A DNA stretch of 64,000 nucleotides, taken from NCBI GenBank assembly GCA_017433125.1, contig JAFRHT010000116.1, forward strand, positions 18,398-82,397. The letters run 5' to 3'. Below, piece by piece: positions 19,217-28,077 of this stretch. Numbering within the stretch: position 1 is the first letter of the stretch; every line of letters starts with the position of its first letter. Source of the DNA: Solobacterium sp. Its GTDB lineage: Bacteria; Bacillota_I; Bacilli_A; Erysipelotrichales; Erysipelotrichaceae. The notes under the pieces are model-generated. The model was not told the origin of the DNA. It saw only the letters and a list, made by a program, of their open reading frames with translations, and made no database searches. The translations under genes were made by a program, and so were the position numbers.

Positions 19217-20128
19217 ATGAAACTGTTGATTACCGGTGCCAATGGCCAATTGGGCCGTGAACTTGAAACCCTGATCCATACAGGTGTATCTTCTTCAGGT
19301 TCAATACCTGAAGCCTTTCATCATGCCGAATTATATAAAACAGACCTTCCTGAACTGGATCTGTCTGACCTGCACAGCACCAGGGACTATATCAGCTCCA
19401 TTCACCCGGATATCATCATTAACTGTGCCGCGTATACCAACGTGGATGGCTGCGAACGCAATCAGGAGACTGCTTATTTGGCCAATACCGTCGGGCCGAA
19501 AAACCTTGCCATCTGTGCGGAAAAAATCGGAGCCACACTGATTCATGTCAGTACTGACTATGTCTTTGACGGCAAGGACAACCATGGTATTCCTCGTACA
19601 GAACAGGATCCGCCTGCTCCGCTCAGCGTATATGGTTCTACAAAGCTGGCCGGTGAGAACTATGTAAAACAGTTCTGCTCAAAGTACTTCATCGTCCGCA
19701 CCGCCTGGCTGTACTCCCCCTATGGGAAAAACTTCGTAAAGACCATCTGCAACGCCGGCCGTAAATACGGCAGACTGGAAGTCGTCAACGACCAGTTCGG
19801 CAACCCAACCAACGCTGCGGATCTGGCATATATGATCCTGCAGCTGGCAGCTACAGATGCTTACGGCCTGTATCACTGCACCGGCAGCGGCATCTGTTCA
19901 TGGTTTGACTTTGCCTCAAAGATCATTGAATATGCCGGCATCGAGGCAGCCGTAATACCCTGCACAACCGAAGAATACAAGGCAAAACATCCGGAAAGCG
20001 CTGACCGCCCGCGGTGGTCCGCTCTGGACTGTTCCAAATTGGAACAGGTCACAGGCTGCCGGATGCGTGACTGGCAGAGTGCCCTGAAAGATTATTTTGA
20101 AAAGGCAGATACGTATGAAACAGTTTGA
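19217..20128 (+). CDS. rfbD: dTDP-4-dehydrorhamnose reductase
   Basis: 303 aa. MKLLITGANGQLGREL, AAYTNVDGCE, STDYVFDG, YGSTKLAGE. AGGAG SD at 19206-19210. Confidence 0.9.
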   Translation: MKLLITGANGQLGRELETLIHTGVSSSGSIPEAFHHAELYKTDLPELDLSDLHSTRDYISSIHPDIIINCAAYTNVDGCERNQETAYLANTVGPKNLAICAEKIGATLIHVSTDYVFDGKDNHGIPRTEQDPPAPLSVYGSTKLAGENYVKQFCSKYFIVRTAWLYSPYGKNFVKTICNAGRKYGRLEVVNDQFGNPTNAADLAYMILQLAATDAYGLYHCTGSGICSWFDFASKIIEYAGIEAAVIPCTTEEYKAKHPESADRPRWSALDCSKLEQVTGCRMRDWQSALKDYFEKADTYETV

Positions 20129-20681
20129 GTTTATTGAAACAAGATTGCCCGGTGTCATAGAAATCTATCCCACCGTCCATGGGGATTCCCGGGGTTACTT
20201 CATGGAAACATACCAGAAAGATCTGTTCGCCGCCGCCGGCATCGACAAGGAATTTGTCCAGGACAATGAAAGCATGAGCTCCCGCGGTGTCCTGCGCGGC
20301 CTGCACTTTCAGAAGAACCACCCCCAGGGCAAACTGATCCGGGTGACAAAAGGCAGTGTATTTGACGTTGCCGTGGACTGCCGGCCGAATTCAGCGACCT
20401 TCGGCAAATGGACCGGGGTTATTCTCGATGAAACAAAAAAGAACCTGTTCTATGTACCGGAAGGCTTTGCCCACGGTTTCCTGGTTCTTTCTGATTATGC
20501 CGAGTTTGTCTATAAGTGCACAGATATATATGATCCTGCCTCTGAAGGCGGCATATTGTGGAATGACCCGACAATCGGCATCGCATGGCCCGAACTGGAT
20601 ATCCCGTACAAGACAAGCGATAAAGACAAAAAACAACTGTCCTTTAACGAACAGTCGTTTTCCTGGTTTGAACAATACTGA
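20115..20681 (+). CDS. rfbC: dTDP-4-dehydrorhamnose 3,5-epimerase
   Basis: MKQFEFIETRLPGVIEIYPTVHGDSRGYFMETY, RGLHFQ, VAVDCR, VPEGFAHGF. The ATG at 20115 is preferred; it overlaps the rfbD end. Confidence 0.9.
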   Translation: MKQFEFIETRLPGVIEIYPTVHGDSRGYFMETYQKDLFAAAGIDKEFVQDNESMSSRGVLRGLHFQKNHPQGKLIRVTKGSVFDVAVDCRPNSATFGKWTGVILDETKKNLFYVPEGFAHGFLVLSDYAEFVYKCTDIYDPASEGGILWNDPTIGIAWPELDIPYKTSDKDKKQLSFNEQSFSWFEQY

Positions 20682-20682
20682 T

Positions 20683-22359
20683 TTATAATCCCTCAGGCAG
20701 GGACGCGACGGTCTGTTCGACAATGTCCTCTTTCCGGAAGAATGTCCGCATATGCTCTCTTCCTTCCCTGCCCATGGCTTCCCGCTGCTCTCTTGGTATG
20801 GAGAGCATTTTTTTCATGGCTTCATAGAGGGAATCCGTATCCTTCACCCGGCACAGCAGGCCGCTGACCCCGTTCACAACCGCTTCCCGGCAGCCGGGGA
20901 TATCCGTGGTAATGATCGGCCGGCCCAGGGCGGCAGCTTCCAGCAGGACATTGCTCATGCCTTCATGCCAGCTGGGCATGACAACGCAGTCTGACATTTC
21001 ATAGATCGGCCGCGGATCAGTCACGAAACCATAATCATTCACAATCCCCAGTGTCTTGAGGCTTTCCACCTGCTCCTTGAAATCATCTTCATAGAAGCCG
21101 GCCAGATCCAGCACGAACGGCACGTTCTCGCTGTGCAGGCGGCGGGCTGCTTCAAACAGTTCACCGCAGCCTTTTTCTATCATGAAACGGCCGACATAGA
21201 GGAACCGGAATACATCGTTGTCCGGATAATCTTTGTAATCAAAATAAGTGAGATTGATGCCGGCGCCGTTCAGGACAACTTCCTTCCGCGGATCAACAAT
21301 GCCTTTCTCAGCGAAGAGCATGGCATTATCCCCGTTCTCAAACAGCACCCGGTAGGCACGTCGCAGCGCCGTCCGGTACATGACCGTCACAAGGCTTGCC
21401 AGCACCGGTTTCTTGAACGCCGTGCCCAGTCCCTGCACCATGGCCACATACGGGATGTTCATCCGGCCGGCCAGATATCCGGCATAGATATTCGGTTTGA
21501 TGGAATAGGTAATCACCAGGTCCGGCGCTTCTTCCTTCAGCTGTCTTCTGTAATTCCGGTACAGGGCATAATCCTTTATGGGATTGATTCCCCGGCGGTC
21601 CAGTTCGGTATTGATGCACTTGAGACCCATGGCCTGGAAATCGTCTTCATGGCCGACAAACGGCATGGACAGAACAACTTCATGTTCTTCCATCAGTTTT
21701 TTGATCAGATCCAGCCGGAACCGGTACAGCATGTAGGAATGGTTCGTAATCAGCAGGATCTTTTTACGTTCCCGCTTGGCGCCTTCATGGATGCCCTTCT
21801 GGGTAAATACAGCCCCGAACGTACCGAAGAAACACTTGAGGTCCATCGGGAATGAAATATGTTCCGTGTAATAGCCATCCAGGGCTGCCTTGTCGGCAAT
21901 GGCGAGTTCATCCCGGCCGTTGATCTGGGCCCAGCCGGTCAGCCCCGGCAGGATATCGTTGGCACCGTACTTATCCCTTTCCGCAATCAGGTCTTCCTGA
22001 TTGTACAGGGCAGGCCGCGGACCTACGATGCTCATGTCGCCTTTCAGGATGTTGATCAGCTGCGGCAGTTCATCCAGACTGGTTTTCCGCAGGAACCGGC
22101 CGGCTTTGGTTATAAACCTCTCCGGATCTGCCAGCAGGTGCGTCGGCATGTCTTTCGGTGTATCGGTATACATCGTACGGAACTTCAGGATATCGAACTC
22201 TGTTTTATGAATGCCGACACGGCGCTGCCGGAAAAAAACCGGGCCCGTACTGTCCAGTTTGATCCAGATCATCAGAATCACAAAAAGGGGCAGCAAAACC
22301 AGCAGCCCTATGAGAGACAATACGAAATCAATCAATCGTTTTACTGCGTGTCGGTACAT
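20683..22359 (-). CDS. Fusion protein: small monotopic phosphoglycosyl transferase (bacterial sugar transferase, PglC/WbaP-C type, aa 1-~195) plus GT4 glycosyltransferase (aa ~200-558)
   Basis: N-terminus: [72 protein letters not shown]-terminus: [16 protein letters not shown] ... [33 protein letters not shown]. Confidence 0.85.
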   Translation of the reverse strand: MYRHAVKRLIDFVLSLIGLLVLLPLFVILMIWIKLDSTGPVFFRQRRVGIHKTEFDILKFRTMYTDTPKDMPTHLLADPERFITKAGRFLRKTSLDELPQLINILKGDMSIVGPRPALYNQEDLIAERDKYGANDILPGLTGWAQINGRDELAIADKAALDGYYTEHISFPMDLKCFFGTFGAVFTQKGIHEGAKRERKKILLITNHSYMLYRFRLDLIKKLMEEHEVVLSMPFVGHEDDFQAMGLKCINTELDRRGINPIKDYALYRNYRRQLKEEAPDLVITYSIKPNIYAGYLAGRMNIPYVAMVQGLGTAFKKPVLASLVTVMYRTALRRAYRVLFENGDNAMLFAEKGIVDPRKEVVLNGAGINLTYFDYKDYPDNDVFRFLYVGRFMIEKGCGELFEAARRLHSENVPFVLDLAGFYEDDFKEQVESLKTLGIVNDYGFVTDPRPIYEMSDCVVMPSWHEGMSNVLLEAAALGRPIITTDIPGCREAVVNGVSGLLCRVKDTDSLYEAMKKMLSIPREQREAMGREGREHMRTFFRKEDIVEQTVASLPEGL

Positions 22360-22462
22360 ACCGTCAGTATTTTATCATCATTTACAAAATATATAAATAA
22401 GTGAAAACTAATTCGAATTCCTTTGCCCTTCCGAACCCCCCTGTATCATCAGTTCTCCAGGT

Positions 22463-23212
22463 TCATTCCGCATACGGCAGCGGCTTGTATCCGACCAGTT
22501 TCCGCCCGCGCAGGATCCGGTCCGGGTTGTCCTCCAGCAGCATATACGTATAATCTTCCCCGAAGTTCTGTCCGAGGTATTCCTCGCAGCGGCGCATGTC
22601 CGTACTGCGCCAGTATGTCCGGTGCGCGTCAGAAGCCACGCAGGACACCACACAATGCCGCAGCAGCGACAGGGCGGTATCCCTTGCCCGGCGCCCGTTA
22701 TCGCCCAGAATCGAGTCTTTATTGAGCTGGATGCCGCAGCCCAGACGGTACCAGTCATATACAATTCCCGGATCATCCTGGACGAAGTAATAGCGGGCCG
22801 GGTGGGCAATCACCGGGATATAGCCCGCCGCGATGCAGGCCGATATGATCTTCCGGCACCAGGCCGGGTCTTCACCAAATTCAAATTCCAGAAGAAAGTA
22901 TCCGGAACTGTTCAGGGTCCAGACCCTGCCGTTTTTCAGCAGGTCCGGCAGATCCTCGCAGGCCATGACCTCCATGCCCTGGTACAGATGCACCGGCAGC
23001 CCCGCCCGGCGGACAGCATGATGCAGCGCGTCCCAGCGGTCCTGCAGTTCTTCACCGGCATAGTTATCAAATACCCCGCGGTAACAGTGCGGTGTCGCAA
23101 TGATGGAGTGCGTCCCTGATTCCAGGGCCGTTTCAACCAGTTTCAGTGACATCTCCATGCTTTCGGAACCGTCATCCACCCCGGGCAGCACATGCGTATG
23201 AATATCAATCAT
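22463..23212 (-). CDS. PHP-family tyrosine-protein phosphatase (CpsB/YwqE type)
   Basis: 249 aa. MIDIHTHVLPGVDDGSESMEMSLKL, IATPH, ASDAH. Confidence 0.85.
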   Translation of the reverse strand: MIDIHTHVLPGVDDGSESMEMSLKLVETALESGTHSIIATPHCYRGVFDNYAGEELQDRWDALHHAVRRAGLPVHLYQGMEVMACEDLPDLLKNGRVWTLNSSGYFLLEFEFGEDPAWCRKIISACIAAGYIPVIAHPARYYFVQDDPGIVYDWYRLGCGIQLNKDSILGDNGRRARDTALSLLRHCVVSCVASDAHRTYWRSTDMRRCEEYLGQNFGEDYTYMLLEDNPDRILRGRKLVGYKPLPYAE

Positions 23213-24285
23213 GATGCCTCCAGGTCAGGCTCGTCGGCGAATTTCGCATACAGTTTCTTCTGCACTTCCCAGGCCTGCGGGCTGATTTCATAGTCCTCCA
23301 TGCCATACAGGAACACGTAAAGATCCTTTATGACCTTTTCATAATCCCGCAGCACATAACACGGTGAATAGCCGTTATATTCAATCGACGCCCGGATTGC
23401 CTTGCCGTCATCCACCGGAACATCCTGGGTTTCAATATTGCGCAGGTCATACGTAAGAATCCGGGTCAGCCAGCGCTCAATCTCGAAATTGGTAAAATTC
23501 GTCTCGATATACGGCATGACCGCATTGATCACCGCGAGTATTTCGGATACGGAGCTGCCGGACAGTTTTGTGATGATCGTCCTGATCAGGTTGGTCTGCC
23601 GGTTCATGCGGTTGTAGTCGTTGTCAATCTCACGCAGACGGGCATATGCCAGCGCTTCTTTCCCGTTCAGGTGGAATGTGCCTTCCACGTAACCGGTATC
23701 CTTAATCATTCCGTCCTGGAAATACGTGGACTCCGCCCGGGTCAGATAAATGTCCACCCCGCCGATCTCATCCACAATCGCCTCTACCCCGGCCATACTG
23801 AACGTGACGTACTTGGTGATGTTCATATCGAAATTCATGTTTACGGTACGCACGGCCAGGTCCGGACCGCCCCACCAGTAGGCATGATTCAGTTTCGAGT
23901 AGTCAGCGACCGGATCCGGAATCCAGACCATGGTATCCCGCTGCAGGGAAGCGATCTTGACGGTCTTGTTGCGCATGTCCAATGACACGATCTTGGTCGC
24001 GTCCGCCCGTTCCATGGCCGAGAATTCCTCAATACTGTTCCGGTCAGCCCCGAACAGCAGGAAATTGAAGACGTGGGTATCCGCCGTCTTCCGCTGTACT
24101 TCCTCCACAATATTCGCGTCGCTGGCTGACATGGTGTCTGTCTTGTTCATCCGGTTCAGGATCGTACCGAGATACAGGTGCACCCCGACCGCGGCACTCA
24201 GCAGAACCAGTAAAAAAACCAGCAGAACCGAAAGCAGTTTTGCGCCTTTCTTCAGTTTTCTTTTTTTTCTACGTTTCGCATTCAT
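23209..24285 (-). CDS. LytR-CpsA-Psr (LCP) family glycopolymer-peptidoglycan ligase
   Basis: 358 aa. Basic N-terminus plus one TM, then FNFLLFGADR, RADATKIVSLD, SLQRD, LAYARLR. 4-nt overlap with the phosphatase gene. Confidence 0.85.
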   Translation of the reverse strand: MNAKRRKKRKLKKGAKLLSVLLVFLLVLLSAAVGVHLYLGTILNRMNKTDTMSASDANIVEEVQRKTADTHVFNFLLFGADRNSIEEFSAMERADATKIVSLDMRNKTVKIASLQRDTMVWIPDPVADYSKLNHAYWWGGPDLAVRTVNMNFDMNITKYVTFSMAGVEAIVDEIGGVDIYLTRAESTYFQDGMIKDTGYVEGTFHLNGKEALAYARLREIDNDYNRMNRQTNLIRTIITKLSGSSVSEILAVINAVMPYIETNFTNFEIERWLTRILTYDLRNIETQDVPVDDGKAIRASIEYNGYSPCYVLRDYEKVIKDLYVFLYGMEDYEISPQAWEVQKKLYAKFADEPDLEAS

Positions 24286-24371
24286 ATACTGAGTTTATCA
24301 TATTTGCCCGTGCTTAAGAGATCCCGCTGATGCCGGTACGTCATTCTTAAATAAACCAGCACGGAAGTTTT

Positions 24372-25541
24372 TCAGTGTTTATTATCCCGGCGGTAATGCA
24401 GGAACAGGATCAGCCAGCCGGCTATCGTCAGCAAAACCCCATAGCCGCTGAACATGCCGGCATACCCGTACGACCCGACAAAGAAGGAACCGATGACCGG
24501 GGCTATGGCATTGCCGATGTTCTGGCCGATCTGGATGGTTGATGTGGCCACGCCGGTCCGGCTGCGGTCCAGATGCCGGATGACATCCGCCTGCAGGGAC
24601 GGGGTGCCGGCCCCCTGGCCGACGGCGATGAGGACAGCCGCCGCAATGACCATGACCAGTGTATGGGAAAAGCCGATCATGGCTGTGCCGATGGCGGTGA
24701 ACAGGACGGCCGGGGCAACGATGACATAGACACCCTTCTTATCCAGCAGTTTGCCGACCAGCGGCCGCAGGAAGACCATGCAGGCTGAATAAACGGTAAA
24801 ATACAGGGCAATGCTGGTGATGTTCCGCTCTTCCCCCATGATGGCCAGCAACGTCGAAATCAAGCCGCTGCCGGCCGCAAACAGTGCCGCCAGGATCATG
24901 AAGCCGGTGAACTCCACCGCCATCAGGCTGTCCATCGTGATCTTTCCGGAAACTGCGCCGGAAGGTTTCCGTCCCGGCAGGAATGTGATGACCGCGGCAC
25001 AGAGAAAGACAGACACGGCCGCGGCGGCAAACACCAGCGGGTAACCGCCGATATCCACCAGTTTCAGCCCCAGCGCCGGCCCGATGGCCTGGGCCAGGAT
25101 GGTTGCCAGGGCAGCATAGCCAAGCCCCTCGCCCATTTGCTTCTCCGGGATGAAATCCGTGGAATACGCGACGGCTGTCACGTTATTGATTGAAAAGAAG
25201 ACCCCGACCAGGAGCCGCAGGACAATCAGTGCCGGAATGCTCCTGATGAACGCATGCATGGCCAGCACAGCACCGTAGCATACGGACGACAGCTGCAGGA
25301 TGCGCTTGCGGCTGACCCGGTCCGACAGCACGCCGGCAAACGGGCAGACAAACAGTGATGCCAGCGACATCAGCCCGGCAATCGTGGAGGCCAGGGTCAG
25401 GTCCGGATTCAGGCTGAGTGAAAATTTGGCCACCAGCGGGTACGTCAGAAAAGCGGCTGCGTACGAAAGAAATGTAAACAGGATCACCATGATAAACTTC
25501 GGTGTCCATATTGTTTCTTTTCCAGTTCCGCTCATGGCCAT
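24372..25541 (-). CDS. MFS transporter
   Basis: 389 aa, about 12 hydrophobic segments. GVLSDRVSRKRIL is the loop 2-3 MFS motif. Confidence 0.8.
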   Translation of the reverse strand: MAMSGTGKETIWTPKFIMVILFTFLSYAAAFLTYPLVAKFSLSLNPDLTLASTIAGLMSLASLFVCPFAGVLSDRVSRKRILQLSSVCYGAVLAMHAFIRSIPALIVLRLLVGVFFSINNVTAVAYSTDFIPEKQMGEGLGYAALATILAQAIGPALGLKLVDIGGYPLVFAAAAVSVFLCAAVITFLPGRKPSGAVSGKITMDSLMAVEFTGFMILAALFAAGSGLISTLLAIMGEERNITSIALYFTVYSACMVFLRPLVGKLLDKKGVYVIVAPAVLFTAIGTAMIGFSHTLVMVIAAAVLIAVGQGAGTPSLQADVIRHLDRSRTGVATSTIQIGQNIGNAIAPVIGSFFVGSYGYAGMFSGYGVLLTIAGWLILFLHYRRDNKH

Positions 25542-25622
25542 ACCCTCCGTATTTTATCTACTATACCACGAAACATACAATCTGCCTGTATCCCCCTGTG
25601 CGGACAGGTTATAATAGCGTTA

Positions 25623-28019
25623 ATGAGCAAGAAGGTTAACCTGAAGAAAATCAATCAGAACAACGCCCGTAAACAGCAGGCCCTGCAGAAACTTCAGCCC
25701 GGCAGCCCGAAGAAAACCGTTGTCAAAAAGGTTCCGGTCAGGGAGCTGACGGTTCCCCAGCTGATCAAGCACGCGGATGAAGGCAATATTGCGTGCATGC
25801 GGGAGCTATATGAAATCTACAAAAAGGAGTATGAGGCCACGCACAGCCAGGCAGCTCTGGACAATTATGCCAGATATCTGCAGATGGCCGCGGAAGCCGG
25901 TGATGCACTTTCACAGTACAATCTTTCCGTTGCTTACCAGGAAGGGAAAAGACTGAAAAAGGATACGGAGAAGTCCATGTACTGGATGTCCCGGTGTGCC
26001 GAAAGCTCCCCGGTGACAGGTCATTTCTGGCTGGGAAAATTCTACCGGCAGGGATCACCGGTTCCGGCTGACAGGCAGGAAGCAGTCAGGCATCTGGAAG
26101 CCGCCGTGGCCGCAAAGCCGAACGGAAAACGGGAAGAAGACCTGAAGGCGTGGGCAGCCTTCGACCTTTCCGGCCTGTATATGATGAACGGCGCAAACGA
26201 AAAAGCCCGTCAATTGATGCACCAGTCTGCGGAAGGCGGCTATGAACAGGCAGCGGCAGTTCTGCCGTTGTTTGACCTGCTTACAGAACAGCCCGATTCC
26301 GGTCTGGGAAGACTATCTGTTCTGTTTATGGGCGATGATATTCCTGTGTCGGAGATGTTCCGGACTGTTTTTGACATATACCGGGCCATGTCTGCCGCAT
26401 TTAAAAAAGTGGGCATCTCTTTCTGGGAACTCTGGAAAGCTGTGAAATATGTCAAAACCGGCAGATATATGGAATTATATGATCTGGTTTACAAAGTCAA
26501 CAGCCAGATGACAGCCGGCGCGGACAGAAAGTACGGGGCTAATTATCTCGTTCAGGGCAGCACGGATGTTGTCTCCGTCATCAACAGGACGCTGCGGTCA
26601 CTCCCGGCCGCAGATCCTTCCCTCCGAAATGAGATCAGGACTATCAATGACTTCATGGACGGGTCTGTGCCAATCTTCAATACAGCCGAAGCACTTATTA
26701 TGACGGAAGATGAAATCAGCCGTGACCCGGAACATTTCATCCGTCTTCTGAAAAAGGCCGCGGATGCCGGGGAAGGCTATGGCGCCCTCATGCTGGGCCA
26801 GGCGTACATGTACGGTGATCATGTGCAGGCCGACCAGGCACTGGCAGTGAAATACCTGCAGACAGCCGCAGCACGTAACATCCCGGATGCCCTTGCCTAT
26901 CTGGCGCATCAGTACTATTTCGGCCTCGGCTTACCAGGTGATGCGCGCAGAGCCAGGAAGCTGCTGAGTGAGGCGGATATTTACTACGATGCGGAAATAT
27001 GCGAGGAGATCGAAGACGGCATCATGGCAGCTTGCCGGGGCAGGATCCCGAAGGATGCGCTGAAACCGTTCTGGTTCCTGCACGAAAAGAAAATCCGCCG
27101 GGATGCCCTGCGTGATACGGTCGGCAGGCAGGCAGCGCAGGAAGCGTCTGATCCTGTCATTAATGAAAAACTCGAGAAAATCATGGCCCGCCTGGACCGG
27201 CTGACGGTTGTATCGCTCGACACGAATATGCGCACCCGTTCGCTTGAGGCAGGCATTGCGGAAATATACCGGTTCATGACCACTGATCTCGCCCGCCAGC
27301 TTCAGGAAGAAAAAATGCGGCTCCGCTCCCAGGCATACGACGAGGAAAAGGAAGAGCGATTCTTTGCACGGATGGACGCCTGGATCAGCAGCCGGGTGAA
27401 ATCGGCGGACAGCCTGGCCGGCGAGCAGACCCGTCTGCTGGAAGAGCTGTTCGGGGATGTCTGGAACCTGCTTCTGCCGGAATCCCGTGCTTCCCTGGTT
27501 TCTGCCCATGTACTGTATGAATCCTGCCGGGAAATCCATGCGGAAGGGTTTGATTTCAGCGGCATCTGCATCTCCGCCACATCTGCCCTGGAAGGGGAAA
27601 TCAGAAGACGGCTGTACAATGACTTCATGACCTGGATGCAGGCTGCCGGCATTGAGGAAACAGAGATTGAATATGTCCGCGGCAAGGTAACAAAATCATT
27701 CGGCTTCACGCTTGGCTGTGTTCCCTACGTCTTCGGCGTCAAAGGTTCTTCGCAGACCGCCAAAGAGCGCGTACAGGATCAGTTCTTCCCCTACATGAAA
27801 GCCATTCTGGCCGATCATGACTGTCCGGATGTTTATGCCCTGTTCTGCGTCCCTGCCCCTGATGCCTTTGTGCAGCGGAGTGAAGATATCCGCGAGCAGT
27901 ACCGGAATAAAGCTGCCCATGTGGAAAACATGACGCGGGAAGAAGCGCAGGCGTGCATGCTGGCAGTGACCGATCTCCTGCTGGATTTCTATCATCTGCT
28001 GGACCCACAGGCTCTCTGA
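25623..28019 (+). CDS. Sel1-repeat protein with coiled-coil and a C-terminal HEPN-like (R-N-K-A-A-H) domain; function unknown
   Basis: 798 aa. Sel1-like repeats (AEAGDALSQYNLSVAYQEGKRLKKDTEKSMYWMSRCAES; AADAGEGYGALMLGQAYMYGDHVQADQALAVKYLQTAAARN...). The C-terminus contains IREQYRNKAAHVENMTREEAQ (RNKAAH = 27903..27920). The coding strand is supported by these motifs; the 202-aa antisense ORF is in codon phase with it. Confidence 0.6.
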   Translation: MSKKVNLKKINQNNARKQQALQKLQPGSPKKTVVKKVPVRELTVPQLIKHADEGNIACMRELYEIYKKEYEATHSQAALDNYARYLQMAAEAGDALSQYNLSVAYQEGKRLKKDTEKSMYWMSRCAESSPVTGHFWLGKFYRQGSPVPADRQEAVRHLEAAVAAKPNGKREEDLKAWAAFDLSGLYMMNGANEKARQLMHQSAEGGYEQAAAVLPLFDLLTEQPDSGLGRLSVLFMGDDIPVSEMFRTVFDIYRAMSAAFKKVGISFWELWKAVKYVKTGRYMELYDLVYKVNSQMTAGADRKYGANYLVQGSTDVVSVINRTLRSLPAADPSLRNEIRTINDFMDGSVPIFNTAEALIMTEDEISRDPEHFIRLLKKAADAGEGYGALMLGQAYMYGDHVQADQALAVKYLQTAAARNIPDALAYLAHQYYFGLGLPGDARRARKLLSEADIYYDAEICEEIEDGIMAACRGRIPKDALKPFWFLHEKKIRRDALRDTVGRQAAQEASDPVINEKLEKIMARLDRLTVVSLDTNMRTRSLEAGIAEIYRFMTTDLARQLQEEKMRLRSQAYDEEKEERFFARMDAWISSRVKSADSLAGEQTRLLEELFGDVWNLLLPESRASLVSAHVLYESCREIHAEGFDFSGICISATSALEGEIRRRLYNDFMTWMQAAGIEETEIEYVRGKVTKSFGFTLGCVPYVFGVKGSSQTAKERVQDQFFPYMKAILADHDCPDVYALFCVPAPDAFVQRSEDIREQYRNKAAHVENMTREEAQACMLAVTDLLLDFYHLLDPQAL

Positions 28020-28042
28020 TGCATATATCCCCGGAAAACATG

Positions 28043-28073
28043 AAAGGCACACCTTTTGCAGGTGTGCCTTTTG
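28043..28073. terminator. Bidirectional intrinsic terminator between the Sel1 gene and rpoC
   Basis: Stem GGCACACCT (28046-28054) / AGGTGTGCC (28060-28068), flanked by AAA on the left and TTTT on the right. Confidence 0.6.
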
Positions 28074-28077
28074 ACTG

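Noticed and set aside
20752-22404. ORFs 21133..21855 (240 aa) and 21859..22404 (181 aa) antisense to the PGT-GT4 gene
   Set aside because: The minus-strand product has complete PGT and GT4 motifs. The plus-strand products have none.
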